Assembly: GCF_001194135.2 (NCBI RefSeq)
Contig: NC_069000.1
Coordinates: 10,284,540 to 10,336,945, forward strand
Source: Octopus bimaculoides
Lineage: Eukaryota
DNA length: 52,406 bases
Reading direction: 5' to 3'
The translations under genes and the position numbers were made by a program. Position 1 is the stretch's first letter. Every line of letters begins with the position of its first letter. Under the pieces are notes generated by a model. That model was given only the letters and a program-made list of their open reading frames with translations, was not told the origin of the DNA and made no database searches. Of this stretch, positions 37,135-49,109 are shown piece by piece.

Positions 37135-37320
37135 GTACAGGGTCAACAATTTTGAGGGGAAAGGACAAGTTCATTACATTGACCCCAGTAATTGATTGGT
37201 ACCTTATTTCATCGGGTCCCGAAAGGATAAAAGGAACGGTTGGCCTGAATGAGATTTGAAGTGGTAGCATAATTAGCCAGAGGAAATGCCACTTACCATT
37301 TTCTTTGATATGCCAACAAT
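37135..37320 (-). mobile_element. SINE family B, diverged
   Basis: attgaccccagt...ggtaccttatttcatcgggtcccgaaaggataaaagg. Confidence 0.6.
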
Positions 37321-37443
37321 CTACATATACAAGTCAAATAATAAGGAGAATGAAAGGTGAGTAGTGAAACTTTTTTATTCCCCAGCAGCTGAGGATAGCA
37401 TAGTGATGTGCTCATAAACGTTGGTCTAATAAAGGAAAATAGC

Positions 37444-37485
<42 letters not shown>

Positions 37486-37495
37486 NNNNNNNNNN
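37486..37495. other. Assembly gap
   Basis: 10 N between (TA)n and a SINE tail. Confidence 1.
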
Positions 37496-37751
37496 ATACT
37501 CTTTTACTTGTTTCAGTCATTTGACTGTGGCCATGCTGGAGCACCGCCTTCTGTCGAGCACATCGGCCCCAGGACTTATTCTTTGAAAGCCTAGTGCTTA
37601 TTCTATCGGCCTCTTTTGCCAAACCGCTAGGTTACGTGGACGTAAACACACCAGCATCGGTTGTCAAGCGATGCTGGGGGGGACAAACACAGACACACAT
37701 ACATATATACGACGGGCTTCTTTCAGTTTCCATCTACCAAATCCACTCACA
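37496..37751 (-). mobile_element. SINE family A 3' two-thirds
   Basis: ctcttttacttgtttcagtcatttgactg...gacgggcttctttcagtttccatctaccaaatccactcacaa. Confidence 0.9.
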
Positions 37752-38304
37752 ACTTTTAATTCTATTCAAAGTTTCAACAGAAAACACATTAGGATGGTTT
37801 CCTGGCATCTTCCACAAATCTATGAGGGGATTTACATAACAGAAACAACCAACTGAAATAGCGAAAAATTAATTACATAAGTGTTCTTGTTGTCCATCCT
37901 TGTCGTATGGTGGCTGGCTGTGAACTGAACCGTTAAGAATTAAACGGTCTTTGTCAGTGACGCAACAGAGTGACAACCAGTGCAGACGATATGACATACA
38001 AAGCCTTCGCCCTTCAGCATGTTCACTCATGCTTTAAGAACTTGATTGAGAACACAATACTCCCTAGAGACATACAGACACCAACAAATACGTATCATTC
38101 CCCACTGCCAACATTATAAGAATCTCCAACTGTTGATGATGCAATTTTTATGAAGTACAGGATTTGAAAAAAAACGGTGTGGGGGAGAAGAAGAGAAAAA
38201 AACCTAGTGGAAATATAAGATTTTTTTTTATGGAATATTTTCATACCAACCTCACATTTATATAAAATTCATTCTTTCAAAATCACACAAGCAACCTTAG
38301 TCAT

Positions 38305-38890
38305 TCGGTAAGAAGCTTGCTTCCAAACCACATGGTTCTAGGTGCAGTCCCACTGTGTAGCACCTTGGGCAGGTGTCTTCTACTGTAGCCTCAGGCTGAG
38401 ACTCAGCCTTGTGAGTGAATTTGGTAGATGGAAACTAAGAGAAGCTTGTCGTGTGTGTGTGTTTGTTTGTGTATATGTATGCATGTCTTTTTGTATCTGT
38501 GTTTGTCCTCCACCACCACTTCCCAGCCAGGCAGAATCGTTAGTGCGTCAGGTGAAAGGCTTAGCGGTATTTTGTCTGCCATTATGTTCTGAGTACAAAT
38601 TCCACCGAGGTCGATTTTGCCTTTCATCCTTTTGGGGTCGATAAATTAAGTACCAGTTATGCACTGGGGTCGATGCAATTGACTTAATCCCTGTCTGTCC
38701 TTGTTTGTCCTCTCTATGTTTAGCCCCTTGTGGGCAATAAAGAAATAAGAAATAAGTATTGGTACATTTACGTCCCTGTAACTTTGCAGTTTGACAAAAG
38801 AAACTGATAAAATAAGTACTAGACTTAACTAAAACTTTTCAAAGAGGTGCCCCAACATGGTCACAGACAAATGACTGGAACAAGTAAAAG
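38305..38890 (+). mobile_element. SINE family A interrupted by a nested family B copy (about 38522-38755)
   Basis: A head and microsatellite, then a B body ending aaagaaataag, then A resumes at tttacgtccctgtaact...gactggaacaagtaaaag. Confidence 0.85.
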
Positions 38891-39361
38891 ACAAAAAATA
38901 AAATAAAACCTCTGATGTCTGAATAAAAACAGTGATTAAACCATTTCCATTTTTTTGCCTGGTTGCTTCTAATTTATATCTCTTCCATGGGGATTCTTGA
39001 AAGATACTTGATCACTGCTGCAGCATCAACTACTACTAGTACTACTACTATTACAACTACTACTTCTACTACTTAAATATACAGATATGTTGGGTTCTTT
39101 TACACCTGTCTTTTCATGCTAGACTTAGGTTAGCTGGTTCGATAAATTTAATAAATTTAAATATTTGCATGAATGCAAATGGCTTTCCGTCTTTAAGTTC
39201 CTTTTCCTGGTACAATCCAGTCAGTTGATCTTGAAATTGATTTGGAGCTACAAATACTGAAACTAATACACTACAGAACTTTGGTGTACAGGTACCTTGC
39301 AAAAAAATCTAGTATAAAACAGAGGCGAACAATTCTGCCAGAACCCATACATACCTCATAT

Positions 39362-39445
39362 ATTGAACTCAGAACGTGAAGAGCCGTAAGAAGTATAGCA
39401 AGGCATTTTGCTCTGATGTGCCAACAATTCTGCCAGCCCATCGCC

Positions 39446-39499
<54 letters not shown>

Positions 39500-39689
39500 G
39501 TTTCAAGTTTTGTCACATGGGTAGCAATTTTGGGGTGGGGGGGTGTCAATTACATCAATCCCAGTGTTAATCCTGAAAGAATGAAAGACAAAGTCAGGCT
39601 CAGCAGAATTTGAACTCAGAACGTAGCAGCAGACGAAATACCACTAAGCATTTCGCCCGGCGTGCTAACGATTCTACCAGCTCGCCGCC

Positions 39690-39726
<37 letters not shown>

Positions 39727-39931
39727 TGATGATAATGATGATCCTTTTTACTATAGGCACAAGGCCTGAAATTTTGGGGGAGGGAGCCAGTCGATCAGAT
39801 TGACCCCAGTACGCAACTGGTACTTAATTTATCGACCCTAAAAGGATGAAAGGCAAAGTCAAACGTAGCGACAGGCGAGATATTGCTAAGCATTTCGTGC
39901 ATGCCAACTCACAGTCTTCTTAGTAGTAGTA

Positions 39932-39978
<47 letters not shown>

Positions 39979-40140
39979 GCTTTCAATTTTTGCCACAAGG
40001 GCAGTCATTTTTGGGGAGAGGATGAGTCACTAACATTGACCCCCAGTGTTTTACTGGTACTTAATTTATCAAACCCGTGAGACAAAATGCTACTAAGCAT
40101 TTCACCAGACACACTAACGAATCTACCAGCTTGCCACCTT
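39362..40140 (-). mobile_element. Head-to-tail array of four SINE family B copies separated by (TAA)n tails
   Basis: Copies at about 39362-39446, 39499-39690, 39741-39910 and 39976-40140. Confidence 0.85.
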
Positions 40141-40505
40141 AATATTAATACTAATAACAAGGCATGAAATTTATAAACAGGTCCTTCTATATTCTATCTC
40201 CTGCACCAGTAAGTTTATTCAATAACCGACTGTTCAAACACAATAACATCTTTAAGAATTCTTTATCATACATAAGAAAGTTCACCTATTGCTCAAAATT
40301 ATTATACATGGTTCAGCCTTAAACATTAAACCAATGACATTCAACCTTATTTGAATCTGGTAATTTATTTTAATTGGCTTAATTTTCATAATCACTATTG
40401 TCCATGTTAATAATGAAAATCACAATAGGACAAAGGGTTGCTAGACATAAGAGACACAGCGTTAATGAACTCCAAGATCGAAAGTTGCTGTTACATACAT
40501 GAATG

Positions 40506-40543
<38 letters not shown>

Positions 40544-40649
40544 GAAATTGCTATACACTTTGGTTTCAGATAAAATAGAAAGAAATTAATTTAATGAAAC
40601 ACAACACTAATAAAACAAAAATGACTGTTGGTAATACTAAGAAGTTCAC

Positions 40650-40797
40650 TTTGAAATCATTGGTGTTTGTGTTCAATCCCACAGCACAGTACCATGGGCA
40701 ATTGTCTTCTACTTTAGCACTGAGCTGAACAAAAAGCTTTGTGAGTGAATTTGCGAGACAGAAATTGAAAAGCCCGTTGTATGTGTATATGTGTGAG
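40650..40797 (+). mobile_element. SINE family A 5' half, diverged
   Basis: gtgttcaatccc...gtcttctact...ctttgtgagtgaatttg. Confidence 0.65.
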
Positions 40798-40944
40798 AGG
40801 AAGGGGTCTGCTTTCTTTTGTTTCAACATCATGCATGAGCTGTAAATGAAAAAAATCACCATCATGCATGTAGTGCTATTTTGTTTGCCATCTTTCACGC
40901 AAGCATATCTAGTTGGGGTGTGGAGAGAATATTATGTTACATGA

Positions 40945-41072
40945 AAACAGGCAAAAGATTGGCAATGAGAAGAGCATTGGGCCATAGAAAATCTGCCCCA
41001 AACAAATCGTGTCTAACCCATGAAAGTAGAGAAAAGTTGTAGCTAAAATGATGACATTGGCAGTTTTCATTC

Positions 41073-41075
<3 letters not shown>
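40945..41075 (+). mobile_element. Family C tail, diverged
   Basis: gccatagaaaatctgcccc...acccatgaaagtagagaaaagttg...atgatga. Confidence 0.55.
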
Positions 41076-41115
<40 letters not shown>

Positions 41116-42176
41116 CATACATATACATATATATAGATATATGTACATATAGATGTATACAAATAAGGGCAAAAAGGAAACATTATCTTTCCCAATATGC
41201 TGAAAAATAAACGCTTTAGCATCTATTTTTCAGCATATTGGCAAAGAAAAATTTTTTTTCTTTTTGCTCTTATTTATAATTGTATAATTTTCACCTGAAA
41301 AGGTATTTTTCATATGCTGGCCACTGATGAAATTTTTTGATAAAATTTTATTCTTATATATTTTATTCCAGCTATGACCATCTCTATTATTATTGAATCA
41401 TATTCTATCCAGGTCTACATTATTCAATATCACCATTTTGTTTTGGGTTTTTTTGTAACCCTGGCAAGAGGGTCTGAACTGAGGGAGATCTGGTTGTTAC
41501 TTCAAGCCAGCTTGGCTGAAGTGACCACATAACTGCTCTCCCATTGGCTCAATCCTCATGCACCTTTGTGCTGTACGGAATGGAAAAGAATTCTAGACAT
41601 TAGAATGAAAAGGAAACATCTATCAACAACAATGTCACTCCAAGACAAGACGGTGCTAAGATTTAATCCAGCCTTGTCAGAGGGAGAGAGAGAATGAGAG
41701 AGGGAGACAGACAGACAAACTGATAGACAGACAGATAGAGAAAGAGAAGAAGAAAGTGAGTGAAAAATTGAAGACAGAGATAAAAAGTTATTGAGAAGAA
41801 TGGATGCCCTTAGAGCAATATTCTGTTTAATTAAAAATGTCAAAATAGGTCAAGTAATTCTTCAATCATTGTGTAGAATAATTAACAAGAAAAAAAAAGA
41901 AAAAAAGAAAAGAACAAAAAAGGAAAAGACGTTTTGCATATTCATATCAGAATAATCATTTATTCCTCAACAATTAAAACAGCTAATTTATATCTAGTTC
42001 AATAGAGTGTAGTACAGCCTTGCTGAGAGAGGAAGAGAAGGAGATTTACAGCATTTGGGGTGGGGGTAGGGGAGAGGAAATGGAGTGGGATGGGTGGTTG
42101 CATCTGTTGTCAACTGAAACTTGTTCCTAGTATCAACTCTGTAAAATATTCTAGGACACATGAATATTCTTTACAT

Positions 42177-42891
42177 CAGTGGTTCTCAACCAGGGCCCAT
42201 ATGACCTGGAGGTGGGGGTCAGGGTTCAAGTAAGATTTTGCTTTTAAAATTAATGGTCAATGACTTGCTTATATTCTACAACCATCATCTTCATTGTTTA
42301 ATGCCTGCTTTCCATGCTGGCATGGGTTGGACAGTTTGACATGGAGCCGGCTTATCAGGGAGCTGTCCAGACTCCAAATGTCTGTTGTGACATGGTCTCT
42401 ATGGCCGGATGCCCTTCCTAATGCCGACCACTTAAAGTATGCTGGGTGCTTTTTATGTGTCACTGGCTTAGATGTGTTTATGCAGCACCATCATGGGTGC
42501 ATTAACGCAGCACCAGCACAGGTGCGTTTTAGGTAGCACTGACACCTGAAAGGACAAGCCTGTATGTGTGAAACTCAGTGAATTTACTTACTTAGCTTGA
42601 AGCATCTTATCAAGTACAACAAATCACCACCTCTCCCAGTACCTCGTCATTTCCTTACTGAGGCCCAAATCCTTCCACAGGTACCCTTCACAATTAGAGC
42701 TTGGCACTTCTTTATGCAGCTGTCCTCAATATTCAAAATATTCCAGCAACTTTCTTTTATACAATTCCTAATGATATTTAATTATAGAAATATAATGGGA
42801 TTTTTTTAACAACATATGGTTATGAGGGTCACCTGAATAAAATAGAAATCAAAATGGTCCACAGGTAAAAATATAGGGTTGAAAACCACCG
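42177..42891. mobile_element. hAT-like MITE with nested family C retroposon (about 42282-42660, minus strand)
   Basis: TIRs cagtggttctcaacc / ggttgaaaaccaccg; 8-bp flanks ctttacat / atttacac (6 of 8 identical). Confidence 0.75.
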
Positions 42892-42916
42892 ATTTACACT
42901 ATTTAATTCCTTACAA

Positions 42917-43104
42917 CAGTAGTTCTCAACTAGGGTCCATATAAGATAATGTTAAAACTTATGTGCAATAAATTGGTCATATTTTATATAATTTCTTATA
43001 AAACTTCATTCTAAAAGTATAATAGGGTTGCATGACTATGAGGGTCCAGCAAAATAGGGATTAAAGGGGTCACATGTAAAAAAAAAAATGATTGAGAAAC
43101 ACTG
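42917..43104. mobile_element. hAT-like MITE, shorter copy
   Basis: cagtagttctcaac ... gattgagaaacactg. Confidence 0.75.
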
Positions 43105-43109
43105 ACTCC

Positions 43110-43363
43110 AGTTGATTCGATCAATGGAACAAAGAGACATTAATGTACAAATGGCAGACACTCCACAAACATGTGTACCCTTAATGTAGTTCTCAGGGAG
43201 AAGGCTGGCCCCTTCGAAATACAGGCACTACTCATTTTTGCCAGCTGAGTGGACTGGAGCAACAGGAAATAAAGTGTCTTGCACAAGGATACAACACCTT
43301 GCCAGGTATTGAACTCATGACTTTGCAATCTTGAGCTGAATACCCTAACCACACAGCCACATG
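43110..43363 (-). mobile_element. tRNA-derived SINE family G with CORE-like body
   Basis: Minus strand: tggctgtgtggttaggg A box, gagttcaatacc B box, then ccttgtgcaagacactttatttcctgttgctccagtccactcagctggcaaaaatgag. Confidence 0.8.
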
Positions 43364-43683
43364 TTTTATCATAAGGAAACTTTCAAACAGAAAAAGTGAG
43401 TTAGTTGCTAGGGTTAGAAGACAAGACAACATTGAAATATAAGTGAAAAAATTTAATTTTTGACTAAGAAAAAAAAAATGGAATTTTTTTTTTAAAGAAT
43501 AAAGATCAAGGAGTATAATTCCAATGACATCATTTGCTAATGCATCAACAAGTTTCTGTATAGAGGCATATGAGGGGAGGCTGAGGAGGAGTAAAAAAAA
43601 CACACAGTGTACATAACTGGATTATGCTGCATACACAAAACCAAAATTTATATTTGCTTTTCTATATTAAAACATGGTTCAGT

Positions 43684-44072
43684 NNNNNNNNNNNNNNNNN
43701 NNNNNNNNNNNNNNNNNNNNNNNNNNNNNNNNNNNNNNNNNNNNNNNNNNNNNNNNNNNNNNNNNNNNNNNNNNNNNNNNNNNNNNNNNNNNNNNNNNNN
43801 NNNNNNNNNNNNNNNNNNNNNNNNNNNNNNNNNNNNNNNNNNNNNNNNNNNNNNNNNNNNNNNNNNNNNNNNNNNNNNNNNNNNNNNNNNNNNNNNNNNN
43901 NNNNNNNNNNNNNNNNNNNNNNNNNNNNNNNNNNNNNNNNNNNNNNNNNNNNNNNNNNNNNNNNNNNNNNNNNNNNNNNNNNNNNNNNNNNNNNNNNNNN
44001 NNNNNNNNNNNNNNNNNNNNNNNNNNNNNNNNNNNNNNNNNNNNNNNNNNNNNNNNNNNNNNNNNNNNNNNN
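43684..44072. other. Assembly gap
   Basis: N run. Confidence 1.
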
Positions 44073-44092
44073 TATAATGGACCTAAGTTTGG

Positions 44093-44432
44093 TCATCATC
44101 ATCATTTAACGTCTGTTCTGTTATATATATATATATATATATATATATTCTTTTATTTGTTTCAGTCCAGACTCCCACTGTCTGTTGTGGCATGGTTTCT
44201 GTGGCTGAATGCCCTTCCTGGATGCCAACCACTTAACAGAATGTGCTGGGTGCCTTTTACATGCCACCGGCATGGGTGCATTAATGCAGCACCAGCACAA
44301 GTGGTGTCAATGCAGCAGTGGCACAAGTGCCTTTTAAGTCGCATGAGCACCTGAAAGGAGAAGCCTGTACCTGTGGAAGGCAGCGACTTTACTTAGGTTG
44401 ACGAGCCTTATCCAGTTCAGCAAACCACCACA
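44093..44432 (-). mobile_element. Longer family C retroposon copy
   Basis: gcccttcct...gctgggtgc.tttta and catgggtgcattaa.gcagcaccagcaca...cacctgaaagga.aagcctgta shared with 42282-42660. Confidence 0.75.
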
Positions 44433-45121
44433 TCTCCCAATCTTTAGTCCTTTGGTTATATCCAGATTGGCCAAACCATAACAACATAAGTGCCCTTCTT
44501 TCTTTCTCTCTCTCTCGTCGCATTCACATAAATGTTCAGCTCACACAAGGCCAGTATAGTAACCGTTATTTTATCTGTGCCATGTAAAATGATACACAAA
44601 AGTTCGATTTAACCGGTTTGAGAAATGTGAATCACTTAAAACTAACATTGAAATAGTAGGTAAACTTTACAAATTGAATTAAGAACTTGGTGAAATGAAT
44701 GACCTTTTTCAAACAATTCCATCATGTATTGACTTTCTACCACCTTTTACCCCCCACTGCCAACACCACCACCATCATCATCATCAATCCCTTCTTTATG
44801 TATTTAGTTGGTTGGTTGGTTGGCTGGTTGTTTTGTTAGATTTTGTGGGGAGGAAGGAGGAGGAGGATCTAAAGTCTTCTGAAAAAAAAAATTTTTTTTT
44901 TTTTTTTTTTTCTAAAGCCAGTTTTATTTTAACTCAAGACATTGGAGGGTGAAGAATTCAATCAAATTTAGAAAACATTTGTTTGCAGATAACATTTATC
45001 AGAGGAATGTAGTTTTGAGCTGAACCGTGAATTACTCTGATGTAGTAGCAGCGTAGTTTACATGTCAGAAATAAAGTTTGTGTATGGCGAGAGAAAGAGA
45101 GAGCTATATATAAATATATAT

Positions 45122-45342
45122 NNNNNNNNNNNNNNNNNNNNNNNNNNNNNNNNNNNNNNNNNNNNNNNNNNNNNNNNNNNNNNNNNNNNNNNNNNNNNNN
45201 NNNNNNNNNNNNNNNNNNNNNNNNNNNNNNNNNNNNNNNNNNNNNNNNNNNNNNNNNNNNNNNNNNNNNNNNNNNNNNNNNNNNNNNNNNNNNNNNNNNN
45301 NNNNNNNNNNNNNNNNNNNNNNNNNNNNNNNNNNNNNNNNNN
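45122..45342. other. Assembly gap
   Basis: N run between (TA)n and (GA)n. Confidence 1.
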
Positions 45343-45349
45343 AGAGAGA

Positions 45350-45385
<36 letters not shown>

Positions 45386-45587
45386 TGGAGAGAGAGAGAG
45401 AGAGAGAGAGACTGAGTAGGAGGAAGGTATAGCAAATGGAAAGGGAGAATGTGTGAGAGTGTGAACACTGAGAAAGTAGAAAGAGCAAAATGGAAGTTGA
45501 CCAATTATTTCTTACACAAGCCACATATAAGAAGTGTAATGCTTATAGAAATAAAATTTTAAAAAATAAAGAGAAAACATTAAACCT

Positions 45588-45630
<43 letters not shown>

Positions 45631-46293
45631 TTATTTATCTGTCTCTATCTATCTATCTCATTGTATTATTTTACCGAACACCAACTGACTAAAGAAAATG
45701 ACTTTGGGTTATTGGATAAACTGCACAAATAAACAAATCTACCTATAGATGGTGTCAATCAAACTCAATTTAAAGCTATAAAGATTGCTCTATTGCAAAG
45801 TACACAGAGAAATATAACTGAAGAACTTTCTAGATGTAGAAAGAAAGAAAATGATGCAGTTTTTTTTAAAAAAACAACAACAAAAAAACACACAACCCCA
45901 GAAAATAGCTTTAAAATAATAAAAACCGCTGCTATTATTATTCATTATGTGGCTTCCAGAAAATTCTGAAACTATGAGCAAAACATTTATTAGAGAAGAA
46001 TGGCTCACACAAAAGCAAAGGGTTGGGACCTTTGCAATTCTTGGAGTAAAAGTTCAGGTTTTAGGTCTGAAAAATAGAGGAGAGATAGACGGGAAATGGA
46101 GACAGAAGAATGATGGTTTTTATGTTATGACTTTAAATCATTTTACTAATAACTGTTCCTCACATGGCTTTAAAACTTAGCAAATGCTATAACATTGTTG
46201 TTTAGGCCCAAGTCAACTCTGATCAAAAGCATTCCAGCAGCGATCTGGATGTCATTTCTAAAGGTTACTTCTTGGGTTCAGTGTGGTGATATG

Positions 46294-46371
<78 letters not shown>
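46294..46371. repeat. (TA)n microsatellite
   Basis: Direct inspection. Confidence 0.95.
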
Positions 46372-46376
<5 letters not shown>

Positions 46377-46614
46377 CATGAATACAGAGTTGAAATTCAT
46401 AGAAAAACAAAAGACAAAGACAGGTGTATGAACAACAATCAGGTGTATTAGTTTAATGCGCGGGGAAAATGAAAAAGTCTTTCATGTTTCGAGCCCTACA
46501 CTCTTCAGCAGAAAGGACTAAGAGAAAATAAACAGACAGAGAATGGAAAAAAAACTTGCAGATTTAGCAATCAAGCATTTTTTTTTTTTTGATGCTGCCT
46601 CATTTTAACAACCA

Positions 46615-46735
46615 TGTCAGGGTGAAAAGCAAAAATTGAACTTGATGGGATTTGAACTCAGAATGTCAGGAGCCAAAAGAAATACTACAAAATATTGTAT
46701 CCAATTGCTCAAACAATTCTGCCAACTAGTTTCCC
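46615..46735 (-). mobile_element. SINE family B head fragment
   Basis: gggatttgaactcagaatgtc...caattctgccaact. Confidence 0.65.
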
Positions 46736-46971
46736 TAATAATAATGAAGATAATAGTAATAATAATATTTATGATGGTGGTGACGATGATAATGATGATG
46801 AAGGTGTCAATAATTAGTGACGAGATGCCGGGCATTCAGCTATAGAAACTTACTACAATTATTCAGATATTCAAATCTGTAAAGACCATTCCATCCATGC
46901 CGATATGAAAGAATAGATGTACAGCAAGCAGCAGTAGTGAGAGAAATTATGAATGAATTAACTATCCTAAG

Positions 46972-47012
<41 letters not shown>

Positions 47013-47144
47013 CATCCTAACATATGAAAAATAATGTTATCACAATCTGCACTACAACAGACCACATATCTATCCTACTGCCATCGCTATTCACAAAAGT
47101 GAAAAGATTATTGCAGCCAAGATCCATAGTTAAATTTGAACAGC

Positions 47145-47204
47145 AAAATATATATACCTACACACATTATATATAAAATATATATTCCTACACACATTAT
47201 ATAT
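47145..47204. repeat. 30-bp tandem duplication (2 copies, 1 mismatch)
   Basis: aaaatatatatacctacacacattatatat / aaaatatatattcctacacacattatatat. Confidence 0.9.
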
Positions 47205-47478
47205 AATATACATATATATGTGTTTGTATGTATGTATGTATGTATGTGTATGTATGTGAAAGAGTTAATATAGCTGAGTTAACAGCAGGAAAGGCGAAAT
47301 TCTCTGTCTATTGGAAGATGAATTATCTGAATAACAGTCCCAGGCATTACATAAGATAACAGTGTGCAGTGAATATACAATGTACAACATTAACACAATT
47401 TGGAGCTAATGCATGCGAGTGCGGAGGCTGTCCTCTCTCTTTGTGATTAATGGACCTCAACTAGACCTGTGGTACCTA

Positions 47479-47572
47479 TAAATAATAATAACAATAATAA
47501 TAATAATAATAGTAATAGTAATAATAGTAATAATAATAATAATAGTAATAGTAATAATAGTAATAATGATGA
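47479..47572. repeat. (TAA/TAG)n trinucleotide microsatellite
   Basis: Direct inspection. Confidence 0.9.
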
Positions 47573-48147
47573 TGAACTGAGAGTAAATGATTTCCTCCTC
47601 CTTCATCATTTCCTTTAAAAGAAACTTCAAAATATATGAAACTTGACTGAAACAAAAGCTAAGAATCGGTAAATGTAATAACAGAGGCAAGACAAGCCTT
47701 TGCACAGACGGAATTAAGATTGAATGCAGTTTGAATTTATAGAAAAGAAGAAAGAATGAAAAAAGAAAAAAAGTAAGAAAGAAATGAAGGACCTTATGTG
47801 TGTGAACTAAGATTGTCTCAAGAGCAGTACTTGCCAAAAATAAACCAAAGAAAAAACTAAAAAGAAACGGAAAAAATTATGAACTAATGAAGGGGCCTTT
47901 CAGTAATGGCCCAAAACTACAAATAGCAGTCAAAAATCTCACTCAGATCCCATTATATTGTCTTTAAAAGAGGGAAGGCAGAGAGGATAATGTTTGAATA
48001 AAAAGTGGCATTTTTGCAGCCAAAATTGCCTTTGATCCTAAATCTGCTCAGCCAAAATGTTCAACAATATCTAACATCATCACTCATTTTAAGGTCTACT
48101 TTACCATGCTTTGCAACAGTCTGATTAAATTTGTTGAAGGGATTAAA

Positions 48148-48547
48148 AAGCTGGCTTCCAAACCATGTGGTTTTAGGTTCAGTCCCATTACACAGCACAC
48201 TAGGAAAGTGTCTTCAATTATAAACCTTGACCAACCAAAACTTTGTGAGCAGATTTGGTAGACAAAAACTGAAACCCATTATGTGCGTGTGGGTGTGTGT
48301 GTGTGTGTGTGTGTACGTGTGTGTGTGTGTACCCTTGTCTAGGCATCATGTAATGTCTGTAAATGAGCATCATTGTCATACAAGCGAGGTTGTTCATTTT
48401 CTGTCTTCCATAGTGAAGTATTACTTTGCTTTGAAACAAGTGGTGGGGGTTGGCGACAGGAAGGGCATCCAGCTGTAGAAAATTTGCTTTAACAAGCTCT
48501 GTCTTACCCATGCAAGCAGGGGAAAGTGGATGTTGAATGACGACAAT
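48148..48547 (+). mobile_element. SINE with A-type head and C-type (GAT/GAC) tail
   Basis: ggttcagtccc head, (TG)n middle, then ggttggcgacaggaagggcatccagctgtagaaaa...acccatgcaagcaggggaaagtggatgtt. Confidence 0.8.
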
Positions 48548-49109
48548 GAGAGTTTAAATTAAATGTGAAAACAATTAACAAAAATGAACAGAAGAAAGTG
48601 TAAGAAAATGACATTATATATCATGGGTATTATATTTTGTAAAAGATTCAGATAAATTCAAACATGATGACTCAGAAAACATTTCTTAGTTATATATCTA
48701 ACCTCAAAACTAAATTCTCAAAAGACTCCACCCTACAACAACGACAACAACAACAACTTGCAAAGTAAGATAATAAATAATAAACTCCGAAATTGGAGGC
48801 TTAATTGCTTAAAATAATATAAAATTTAAGTTTGCAAAAAAAAAAATAATAAAAAAAAATTAAAAAATGTAAGAGCACCATAATTAAAAACGTCCTTATA
48901 ACTGAAAGCAAATGGTGAAGAGGTTGTATCACTAGATATTTGTGAAAATAAGCAAATAAAATGAAGTCAGAGTTGTTTTTAATTTCAGGAAACTATCCTG
49001 GCATATAACATATGATGAGCCAGATGAGGGGCGGGTATATTTATATAGTTTGCTTTACTTGTTTAGCATAGCAGTCAAAACTTGGAGAAGAATGTCTAAC
49101 TGAACATCA

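Noticed and set aside
29273-37926. Shared 14-mer ggctggctgtgaac at about 29273 and 37913
   Set aside because: A few 14-mer matches are expected by chance in 52 kb
39362-40140. Repeat-spacer periodicity suggestive of a CRISPR array
   Set aside because: Units are 100-200 bp diverged SINEs separated by microsatellites, in eukaryotic DNA with no cas genes
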